A stretch of 64,000 nt of DNA from Schmidtea polychroa. Its lineage: Eukaryota. Below, one piece after another: positions 43,328-56,118 of this stretch. The notes below the pieces were generated by a model. The model did no database searches. It saw nothing but the letters and a program-made list of their open reading frames with translations, and was not told the DNA's origin. Within the stretch, counting starts at the first letter, position 1; the number at the start of each line of letters is the position of its first letter. The stretch is from assembly GCA_044892525.1 (NCBI GenBank), contig CM097885.1:67270001-67334000 (forward strand), given 5' to 3'. Both the position numbers and the translations under genes were made by a program.

Positions 43328-46300
43328 GTATAAAATGATGATTGCTTGGTAGCAGCATTTATTATTTAAAACAATAAAATGATAATTTAAGCCTTTTGCT
43401 GCAAATAATGTATTTAATGAAAGAATTTTCGACTATACGATAGTCCTTGTCAATCTATCGTATAGTCGAAAATTCTTTCATTAAATACATTATTTGCAGC
43501 AAAAGGCTTAAATTATCATTTTATTGTTTTAAATAATAATAATAATAATAATAATAATATTATGTTATATTTCGTCCGGTGATATTTTGTACTAGTACCC
43601 TCATGGGTGTCCGCAGGTAGGGCAAGGGGGTGGCACTTACGCATCCCTGGATTGAACTAAAGATGTTTAGTTTACTGTGACTATGATTCTGGTGCTTTGA
43701 TATATTTGGCTTATATCACAGGCTGAATTAATATTATCAGCTCTGTTGCAATAACAACTTTACAAGTGAAAATGATATTGAAAATTAGTTTGTTTCAAAT
43801 TATCGTTTAAGTTGGATTGTATTGTATGTTCTATTGAAATATATCTATAATTTTAAAATTTAGAGAGGAGGTTTTCATATAAATGTACACGTATTTCTTT
43901 AGTTTTAGGCCATAGGATTTATAAGTGTTAGAGAATTAATTATTTATAAGAAAACGGGTTTAGATATGTAGGTTTGACGTTGTTATGTAATTATTGTAAT
44001 TATCTCAAACCGTAAAGGAGTTTTGTAAAAAGTAAAACTTAATCTTCTAAGTCAAGAAAAAGGAATTTACTTAGAAGCCTAATTAATATAAAATTTCAAT
44101 TTTGCCCCCATAGAAAAAATCCCGCTAGGACTCTCAATCAAAATTTATCATTTTCAATTTCTTTTTGTTTTATTGTGAAATTTCAAATTTTTTGCTAATA
44201 GTGCTTTCAACTAAAACTATAAAAGATCAAAAAATGAACAGTATAAATATTGAATATATTTATTCTTTAACCTCATTTATAATATTGATCTAAGAAGCAG
44301 AAAAGATATTTTTCCTAGAATTATTAACTCATACTTCCTATTCTTGTTTATAAATTTCATCGTCTTTTGGTGAGTGTTCAGAATTAGACAAATGGAGATG
44401 ATTAATTTAATTATTTGATAATCATTCTGAAATTAATTTAAATGAACAATTAAGTAGAGCTAAAAAAGGTTATTAAACAGAAAGAATAGATCCATTTATA
44501 TGAACGTTGTGTGAAAGAGTTGTGAAAATTTTGGGTTAATGTCCAATGTTGTTGATTTTCATCTCATTCGGGAAATCTTTTACATTTATTTTTTCCAAAT
44601 TCTACTTAATATTTCAATTTCTATGAGAGATTAGATATAATTTTGGCATATTTATCCGCATTGGTCAATTCATAACTATTCATAATTAGCTGCAGTCTCC
44701 GATAAGACAGGAAGAAATTCGAAGTGATCAAAATTTTGTCATCACATTGGTCATATGTTCTGTCGTATTTCTCGGAGTAATTCTCGTGTTGATTGGATTT
44801 TGCATTCAAAAGTTTCGATACAAGAAAGATAAGCTTGGTGACATTTTGAAGTCGAAGTTTCCCGATAATTCATCTTCAAGTTATAAGGTAAGTTTTATTA
44901 TATTTGGAATTATTTTTAAAAATATTTTTCAAAAAATTTCATTTTTATATGTTAGATAGAGATTTTTTGAAATTCATATTTGTTCTCGACATACTTTGAA
45001 TTCGACTGTTTTTAGGAATTGTTTCGAGTGTCAAATAATAAAGATACAGCAACAGTCAAAAGTAAGCAAGGTGTCGCGAGGATGAATAGCAAGCAGCACA
45101 GTGGAGATACACCAGCTGCTTCGTCTCCCGTTTCAACACGAAGTAGTACTTCATCATGGTAATCTCATTTCATACATAAAGTGAGCAAAAGAAGTATGGA
45201 AACATGAGGTAGAAATTTGTTTCTTTTTTGACCATTTTGTTTTACTAATGCTTAGAATCCTCTCATTTTATATACCAACATAGTTTTATGAGGGCTTTCA
45301 AATGGTACTATTTGTGAAGCAATATGATGTTTTTAAAACTATATTTTTATTGATATTTTGTAAACATACTAAATTTTGAATCAAAAAAGTATGGAAATAT
45401 TTTACATTTCTATGATTTTGTTTAAATGCATCAATTATACATGTGTTTCTGGAATTTTCAACGGCAGTATAAAAGCAGCATTCATCATTTCATTTCTATT
45501 CCGAACGAACTTTCTTTACAACTCAGCAGTCTTCAGAAAGCCCACATAAAACTATACCAAAAATCACTAACGGGAAAATTCATGGTATTCACAGAATGAA
45601 ATGATTAAAGAAGAAACAAATTTTTATTTCATGTTTACATACTTTTTTTGCTCACTGTGTATATATTTTTTCAAACAGATAATAAATACTTTCTAAAGTT
45701 TATATTATATTTAACCATACCAAATACTGTAGGGGATCTAGTTTTACGACAAGATTAGGTTTTTTTGTTTTAATATTAATTTTTATATCTATCAAAATAA
45801 TATATCTATTTTTCGTCTATTTAGCATTGAGTTTGATACTTTGAAAGGTGATCATGTGTTGACTTGTTTTGTTTTTGAATATTTCGCAATATAATTTAAA
45901 TGTTATATCTGAGATATAGAAAAATTCACATAACTAAATGTCATTATATATGAAAACTATAAATAATAATAAAGTACGACAATCAAAGAACATTGCCATG
46001 ACTCTTGTCTTCAAAAAAGTCGAAGTTATTATTGTCAACTTAAAAAACACAAAAAAAGTTATGTAATATCTCTAAAATTCTAAAATTTTATATCATATAA
46101 AAAGGATTCATGTTCATAGGAACAGTGATCATATGAATAATACAACTTCATAAATTTCTACGTTGAAGTTTAGTCAATAAGATATTTTATAAAAAAAATT
46201 GGTTGTATAAAAAATGCCAAAATAAAGATTAGACTGCGATCATTAAAAAAAATTTTTTTTGAGAGGAGAAAAATACGTTTCGAAAAATGTTGGAATGACT

Positions 46301-46966
46301 CACTATCTTTCCTATATCTCTACAATGACTCATCACACACATGGTTGATTCCAAAATGTCCGTCGTCTCATAACGCTGTGAATGATTCATGCTTTTATTC
46401 ATCCATTGAGATGCGACTGTACTTGATGGCTTACACGTCTCTAATTAAGATTAACCTCTTTCCTGTGCGGCACGTAATATTACGTTGTGGCTTTATTTTC
46501 ACAGGATGTTGAATATGGACTAAATTTTGATGCTCAAAACACTTATTTCTAGCCTTTTTATGTTACTTTCATAGTTTCAAAATTGTGTTTTTGTCAAAAA
46601 ACATACAAAATTAAAATTCTTCATTTTGTTGGTTTTTTTCAAAAAATAACTCCACATTATGCAAAATTTTGAAAAGAAATTCCACATTAAATGGGTTAAT
46701 TGAAATATCTAATTGTTTCAGTAGTCCAGTAATATTAGGAGGCAACGACAGCATAAAAATGGAATACTTTTCTTATTTTTTGATTCACAGAAGTTAAGTG
46801 AGGACCGTACGAATCAATAATTAATAATAAAGTTTCTCTATTAAAACCTGTTTTCTTTTATGTGCTTGTCTAAAATTTCATCACTCCACATACTTGTTTT
46901 GTTTACATCTACACAACATCCATTAACCACTTTTGGTTTAATATATCAAATATTTTAAAGCAATAA

Positions 46967-47033
<67 letters not shown>

Positions 47034-50000
47034 TTAGGACAGATGAAATGCAAGTGGCTACAAATATGGATATTTATACCGGACATATGATTTTGGTAAA
47101 AATAGAATAATTGAAATTTAATTTCTGATAATTCCTTCAGTCCTATATGGAGAAACATCAAAAGAATAAAGACATCTTTCAATCGGAATGGAATTCGATT
47201 CTATCATATGAAACTGAAGATGCAAAAACTGAAGCTGCCATAGAAATTGAGAATCTCCCTAGGAACCGCTACCAGGATAAAATACCATGTTTGTTTTATT
47301 ATTTTTATTAACAGAATAGAATATTTCACACAATTATAGATGATAAGAGTAGAGTGGTACTGAAAAATACAAAAAATGGCAATTATATTAATGCTAGTAT
47401 CATTGTAAGAAACTAAATGGTAATGATAATAAAAATGATTTATTTTTGTATTGTAGGTGGATCATGATCCCAAATTACCCGTATATATTGCAACTCAAGC
47501 TCCTTTGGAGAAATGGGTAGCAGAATTTTGGCAAATGGTCTGGGAACAAGGAGTAGTGGTTATTGTTAATTTAACTGAAATGAATGAGAACGAATCCGCT
47601 CATTATTGGCCTAAAGAAGGATCTCAAATCTTTAATATTTACGAGGTAAACATTTTTTGTCTATTCTAAATAAATGGCGTAATCAATTTCTTGTGAGTCT
47701 GAAGGATACAACAACGGGCAAGAATATTAAAGATGTGATTCTAAAATGTGCGGAAGATCGACAGTTAGATTTTAAAAAAACTTATTGGTATTACAACCGA
47801 TGGAGCACCGTCTATGATAAGGGAAAATATAGGATCAGTTGCTTTAATTTGCAAACATATTGAAAGTTTGGAACAAAATTAATCATTTTTAGATTTATTT
47901 ATTTGTCATTGTTTTTTACATATAGAAAATTTATGTGCTCAGACATTGAATATGTCTCATGTGATATCAGTTGTCATTAATATTATTAACAGAATAAAAA
48001 ATTATTCATTAAAACACCGCCAGTTTCAAGAATACCTTTGGGAATTGGAGTCCGAGTACTGTGACCTAATATATTACGCCAAAATACGATGGTTGAGTTG
48101 TGAGAAATGTTTATTAAGATTTTGGAACCTCAGAGAAGAAATTAGAATTTTTATGAACGAAAACGGCGATGACGATCCACAATTATACGATGAAAAATGG
48201 TTGCTGGATTTGTGTTTCGTAATAGATATCATAACTAAAATAAATGAACTAAATCAGAATCTTCAAGGAAATAAATTATTGCAAAATTGAAATTTTATGA
48301 AAATCAACTGAAATCGAATAATGCCACCAATTTTCCTCATTTAAATGATTTCGAAACGCTAAATAAACCTATTTCCCAATATTCAAATAATATTAGAGAT
48401 CTTCTTGAAGAGTTTCAAAAAGATTTGCTCACTTACAAAAATTTGAGCAAATGTTCAATAATTTCAATTGTCCATTTAATATTGATGTGAATTCAGCTCC
48501 AGATCAGTTACAACTGGAACTTATCGATATACAGTCAAACTCAGATATGAAATTTAAGTTTGAGGACATTAATATAGTAGATTTTTATGCAAAATACATG
48601 CGCGTACGCAGGGGGGGGGGTTACTGGGGGTTTAACACCCCCCATGATTCAAACAACAATATAAAAAACTATAATTAATAAATATATAAACTTAAAACAA
48701 TTTAANNNNNNNNNNNNNNNNNNNNNNNNNNNNNNNNNNNNNNNNNNNNNNNNNNNNNNNNNNNNNNNNNNNNNNNNNNNNNNNNNNNNNNNNNNNNNNN
48801 NNNNNNNNNNNNNNNNNNNNNNNNNNNNNNNNNGCAAAAATCTTGAAACCAACAATATATATTTAATCAAAGAATTTATAAATAACAAGTTTTAATTTTT
48901 TACAAAAACCGCCAACTCCAAATTATTTAAACAAAAAGATATCTAGCTAGTGAAAACCAAAGACCGTAACAGGATTACCGATGCAAATTTGACGAATCAA
49001 TTACTACAAAATTAACAGTTGATATTAAAAAAATTTCCAATAAAATAAATAAACAAATTTCTCGTTAAATTTCTAATGTAATTTACTTAAATATACATAT
49101 CATTGTTTATATCTGTGTACGTGCTCGTTTGTGCGTACCTATCTCTTTTTTGCACGGGTGGGCTAAAATTGAAATTTGTTTGTTCAGGGGAGTGCGGCCC
49201 AGTGCCTTTTAAATTACTAAATTTTGGGTTAAGAGTAATTTGATTTGGACATGGCTAGTTTAGTGCTTGATGAAGATAGCTAAACTGTTAAAATATGTTT
49301 CAAATATGTATTTTAAAATGGTGTTTTTTTTGTTAATATGAATAAATTACAAGTGTAATTATTTAATATTATGTCTTCAATTTTTGCTCGAATTGATTCT
49401 TTATCATAAATCATATTTTTTTTTAAATAGGTCAATTTGGTGTCCGAGCATATATGGAGCGATGAATATTTGGTGAGAAATTTCTATTTGAAGAATTTAA
49501 ACAATACGGAAACCCGAACTGTTACACAGTTTCATTTTATCAGCTGGCCAGTTGATAAATTACCAAGCAGCTCGCGTTCAATTTTGGAGTTTAGAAGGTA
49601 ACAGTACTAGTAAAATACCAATATTAGTAATAATTTTTGAAAATTTCCTTATATCCATATGTAAAGTATGAATTATAAATTTTAAATTTATGTTGGCTAT
49701 TTTTAAAAAGAAATATGTTTCATTATTAGATGACAATGGGTCAATATTTGTTAAGAGTCAGACAAATTTAAACTTACATCAATTATAGCTTTTCCTGCAA
49801 TTTAATAATTTTCAAATTTTGTATTTTAGAATTGTAGAATTATAAAATTATAAAATTATTTTGAAATTTGTTTGGCTTTGTTTGGTTAGTCACAAATAAG
49901 TGAATTTATATATTTTTTGTAATTTTTTATTTTCTAAATTTCAGACGTACAGAATCTGAAAAAAATTAAATTGCAAGCGGCTTACAAAGGCTAAGTTCAC

Positions 50001-53000
50001 AAAAGATTTGTAAAGTTACAAAAACCTTTAGGAATGTTTCATATATATCAAATATTACAATTTCTTTTATAATATCAAAATGATAAAAATTTAAATTATC
50101 GAATTGTTTTACTTTGAAATTTAAAACACTTTTGTTTTTGAAAAAAAATAGACAAGGCAAGAAATACAAAGCATTCATTTCTTCAGAATAAAATAGCCAT
50201 TTATTATTATCCAAATTTTGTTAACATTACAATGAGTATCTTGAGAATCATCATTTGACCTCGGGTTATTCCCTAGTTCTTAATGTTCTTGCCTTTCCAA
50301 GATAAGCTTACATCTGTATTTATCTGGATTTAAGTTTCTGAATTGAATGTTACCAAAAATCAATTTTTGTCAGTTGGATTCTATTTCTTCATTCATTTTG
50401 AATCGATACATATATAAGTCCAAGTATAAAATATAAATTTCATAACATAATGTCTTCAAACCAATTTTCTCAGACTTTAATTTCGATGCTGTGTTTAAAT
50501 TTTCAAATTAAAAATAAAATATTAAAAGTTATAAATCAATAATAAATTTATAATTCTAAATATGAACATTTACAAATCATTGAAATTAAAATTTCAGTAA
50601 ATAAACCTTAGTTTTAATTTAAATAACATTTTTAGATTTAAAATTTCAATGTTATTTACCCAATAAAATATTGGATTTTTCCTTTATCAATAATACGCAA
50701 ATCCGAAAAATAAAAGTATAATAAAAAATATTTGAACTTTTGTCAAAATGATATTTCTGGGCACAACCCCATTATGTAACAATATGAAGACCTCCTTAAT
50801 TCGAAGAATAAAAGAAAGACGCTCAAACTTGTCTAATCTAATACAATATCTTCATAAAGGAAATCAAGCTCAAAAGATATTTGGTTCTGATATTATATGT
50901 GGTATTATATTATCTGATATTACATAAAGGTTAACTAAAAAAGATTTAGTAAATTTAATTGTGAATCTTATACAGCGGCTTTCATCAACCCTAGCTGAAA
51001 CCAAACCATCAGCTTCTGAATCTGAAACGGCTGTTGACGAAGATGTCATAAATTATAATGGGTCACCTATGAATTTAGCATTACAAGAACAGCTGGATAT
51101 GACCATAAACAATGAATTAAAAATTAAAATAGTGCTAAAAACAATTCGAAATATTAACGACTTGACCAAAATTATCAGCAAAGAAATAGAAATATTTGAG
51201 GAAGACAGCACGCTTGGTATTAACCTGGAATTGGTTTACGATTATATTTTAACTATTCCCCCAACAAGTGCGGAAGCTTAACGGCTTTCTCTTTTTCAGG
51301 GATGTTATGTACCAAAATTCGTTCTTCTTTAAATGACGAAACTTTAAATAATTTATGTTTTTGAGATCATATTTTAATACTAAATAATTCTTTATTTTTA
51401 TGTCTATCTGTTTTAAATAAATCGGTTTTAACCATTTTGTTACTTTAAACGATAAAAGTTTTTGAACTTTTTATTTATCCTTTTGTATTTTAATTTGTGC
51501 TTTTTCCCATTTTTGAATACCGATACCGGTATTAATACCGAAATACCGGTATTCAAATTTTTGTCCGGTATTAGAAGCATGGGCGTCCGCAGGATTTTTT
51601 CCAAGGGGGTGGGCAAAAATATTTTTTTTACCAAGTAGACAATTTTTCTAAGTGGGAAGAGTTGAAAAAAATGCATTTGTATAAAAAATATTTGGGGCAT
51701 TATACAAAATGGGACTTTTTTACGTTTATTTACAAAATAGAACTTTTTTTCATTAATTTACAAAATTGAACACTTTTTTAAAACCAGAACGTCAGTTAAT
51801 ATTGAAAGTTTTATACAAATAAGATGATTTGAAATCATTGATTTCCAGATATAATTAATAACATTAAAAAAACAGGAAGCCTCTTTCAATTAAATTTTTT
51901 TATTAATTTTTTTTGTCTTGGGTTTTTCCAACATTGTTTGAGCGCATCTATTAAAATGTGTTTAAATTAATCAAAAATAGAATTGTTTTTCGGAAATTCA
52001 GGGGGGGCAAGCCCCCAACCCCCCCCCCCTTGTGGACGTCCATAATTGGAAGCCCTAGTTATAAGTAGGTAATTTGTGGTCACACTAACACAGGGATGAG
52101 CAAACTATGGGCCCCCTTTTTTTGAAGTTTAGGAACAGTTTAATGATTACTTTACGTAATCATTGACATCAATTTGTTGTAACAATAAAAGGAATTATAT
52201 TATTGGAACACAAATGTTTTGGCATTGTTTATTGTCTAAATATTATTACGCAATGAATTAAATAATCATAATTTGCATGAATGCTGATTGGTTTATTAAT
52301 GTTGTACAATTAATATTTTTATGCAAGTATGTTTTAATTTTATTGGATACATCTTCTCGAATACGAAGTAACTAATTCAGCCATGGCCAACCGGTGGCCC
52401 GCGAAGCGTTTTGATGTGGCCCGGACACAATTTTAAACATCAAATCAATAATTGTCTTTTAAAATTCATATTCGAATTAAGCATGTTTTTAATTTAAAAA
52501 ATTGATTCTAAGTTTACTTGAATCGTAAAAACGAGCAGCACCGGCGCTCGAGTTTCAGATGATGTGTGAAAATTGCATATTGCCACCTTCGCATTCCATA
52601 ATAAGAGTAAAAAAAACGATAAATGCATACAAAACAAAAATATTTTTCACAGATGGAACAATATTGTTCAAATTGGATTAGTTATTAAACAATAGAATGG
52701 AAATTGTTATGAAAATAACAAATTTCTGTACAATTTTGCCGCCTTTTGTATTTTTCCGCCGTGGCGCCTGCGTGAAAATCACGCATCGTACCCGCCTCAC
52801 GCCGGGCCTGAAAACGAGTTATATTTATTTAAATAAATGGCCCGTGATAGTATTTTTCCGAAAATTTGGCACTTCGATTGATTTGGGTTGGCCACCACTG
52901 AATTAATTGATATCTGAAAATATATTTCCATGTAGAACGATACTATTATGTGATAAAATAAATTTTGATGTTTTCACTTTTACTGCTAAATGGTGATTAG

Positions 53001-56000
53001 CAGTGCAACCCCTTTATTTTGTTTATCAGTAATTTCGAAATATCAGTAAAATGTTTTCAGGTAAGTCCAGCAAAATTGATTAATTATTTTAATTCTTTAT
53101 TAACTTTTTATTTTCTCCAATTTCAACTGTTTTCTGACTGCTGCTTAATTTAGCACTGCCATTTATTCATAGACAAAAGTGATAAATTAGAGTCGAGTAA
53201 AAAATGTGAAAATATGGGACATTAATTACCATTAATCATGTATTTCTTTTTAATCATCACAATTTTCTATCCTTAGAAGAGAAATATTTTTGAATCTGTT
53301 TTGTACTTTTTGAAAATTTGTATTATTAATTTATTTCATACTTAACAAATATATACACCTAAACCTCGATTTGCGTTCTTAATTGGGACCGTAGAAAGTC
53401 GACGCAAATCGAAATCATTTATCGTATGTGTTTATACCAGTTTTTCATTAATTTGTATCTTGTAGTAAATTTCATGAACAAATCCAATTTTTATTAATAA
53501 AAACATGTTTTATATCATAAGTTTTATATCAACAAAAACTTTAATTCATTATAAATTAAATAAATAAAAAACCTAAAATATTATTAAATTAAAACAAAAA
53601 GTTCGCTAAATTCATAAAAATTATTATTTTTACATTTGATAATTTTTTAAATCCTTTAATTCATTTTAAACTTAAATACCTCACATTGTTGCATGATTAA
53701 TCTTTTTTGTTTGGTCAAAATAAATTTTATTTGCGGTCCCTGAAAATTTTACATCTTAAAAAATTATTAAAATTTATCAATGCTAATTGAAATTTTAACG
53801 ACGCAACTTTGAAATGACGAAAATTAATTAATGACGCAAATCGAGGTTTAGGTATATATGTTCTTAAATATCGTTGATTAAATGATGTTGTTAAATGTTG
53901 TTATGTGAGAGTTTGTAGAGCCCGGCAGAGTCTCCAGTAAAAGTATCGGGACAGTCGGAGTGCATGTATGTAAATTAATAATTAATTTGCGACTACGTTA
54001 ACAATATTTATATATTTATCAAAAAAACAATATAATCTTTATAGATCAATTGTCTAAATTACCGTTTAAAAATTGTCCTTCTATAAATGAACGGATTAGT
54101 GGGATGTCCAATACCAATTTCTGTTAAATGATATAAATTCTTTGAGTATGTAGGATCCGCGCGGAATCGTGGCAATACAAGAATTTGAAATATGATAGTA
54201 ATTTATATTCCAAATATAATTCTTTATTAATATTGGTTGGACTTTCTTCTATGTTTTATATATATATATATATATTAGGGTGGGTCGAAAAATTTTTTTT
54301 TCTCCAAACATGCATAAAACGTTGTGCTTATGCTAGAAAATGAAATATCCCTGCAAAAGACTGCTGTTTAAAAGGGTTTACAGGTCCCAACTTTTGTTTG
54401 TATGTATTAGTACTATCCCAGTAAAAATGCTCGCACACGTGCCATTGTAAATTCATCCTGCAAGCAGTCACACGCTTGCAGAAAGACCATTTTTGACATG
54501 CTCTATTCACAAGTCCAAGCTAACGCGTGCATGTATAGAGAGGTTAATTCACGGAAGCACCTTCACACAAGCACTCACAAAGACAATTTCTTCTGAACAA
54601 TACTAACACAAACACTACAGTCAACACATAATCCACATGGATACTACTAGTCAGTCTAAACTCAGATAATTTAATTTGTTTCGATTGGATGTCAAGTGTT
54701 TGCTGGACCTAATTAAAAAAGTTAACTTGATGATTCACTTTTATTTTGCCAGAGCTGAGTACAGAAGAGCAGTTATGAAGGGACAGAGAAATAAGCAATT
54801 TCGCAAAACAAGAAGTAAATCACGTCATTGTCTGTTTGGTCAAACTTGTGAACTACCCAGAAACCAATTACCTACTTGTGAAGATGTGTTTCGTGATTAC
54901 TGTTACAATGAGAAATGTACACAATTTCATACTGGCTTTAACGAACAAGCAACTCTTCTCACAAATAAGGTGAAGGAAATTTATATGAAGGCAAGTATCC
55001 CAACTGTTGAGTTCAGTAGTATTGTGGTTCGTGTCAAGCGACTAATATCAAAAGTGCGTGAATTAGAGAAGTATCCAGAATGCAAGAGGTCATCTGCCAA
55101 ATTTCAAGATAAGTTAAGCTCGTTTTCCAAATTGTTTGACATATGTTGCTGCAAATGTTTTAATGATGGTGCTCGTGGAAGAAGTCAGTGTACATGCCGA
55201 TTGGCCTTGAAAATTCCTACCTTAGAGTGGGAGTTCTGGATTGACCAACAAACTACCAGAAACATGAAAATCGGAAATACGGACAGACAGGAAACCTCAA
55301 AATTGAAGAGAAAACAAACGAAAAGCAGCCCTACAGGAAAAGGAAAACAAATGAAAAATGAAATAATGGACACTGAAGTTAACGATCTACATCCGACCTC
55401 AAGAAGTGACACGGAGAGTGAAGCCGCTAGTGATGAAAGTAAAGATAAGTTAGACAATTCAACAGAAAGCTCAGAGTCAAGCGTAGAAGAATGTGATGAA
55501 TTTCAAAATAGAAGACATTATCCTGAATTAAGTAAAGCTGTTGACAGATGTGGTGTGAGCAACAGAGACACGTGTTTGCTAGTAAACGCTTTTCTGAAAG
55601 ATATGGAACTGTTATCCTCTCAAACAATCATCGATCCCGCAAAATTACGGCGTCAGAGAAAGTACTGGAGGGAGAGAGAAATTGAACAGCATTCAGCAGA
55701 AGCGAAAAACTTGATTTGCCTCGGTTTCGACGGGAAACAAGATTCCACCTTACTTCATAGAAGGATCCTAAAAGAGGAGCATTATGTGATTGTCGCCTTT
55801 CCAGGGGATACATATATCGATCATGTTGTACCTCAAAGTAGTAAAGCTGTGGATATTGGCAAAGAAATCATGTCAATCATCGTTAGCACGCAGTCCTCAC
55901 TGACCCTTCAAGCAATTGTGTGCGATGGAACCAATACAAGCATTTTCGGAGAAAAGTTGGGAGCAGTAAATGTCCATAAATCTAAGTAAAATGGTTTGAT

Positions 56001-56077
56001 TCGATTTTTCTATACCAAAATACAACTTTTTAACCATGTTTCCTTTCTTGAACTCAAAATTTATTAACATTCGATAT

Positions 56078-56118
<41 letters not shown>

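Noticed and set aside
46955-47182. Minus-strand ORF with a poly-Ile run
   Set aside because: It is only the translation of the (AAT)22 microsatellite, antisense to real IA-2 exons.
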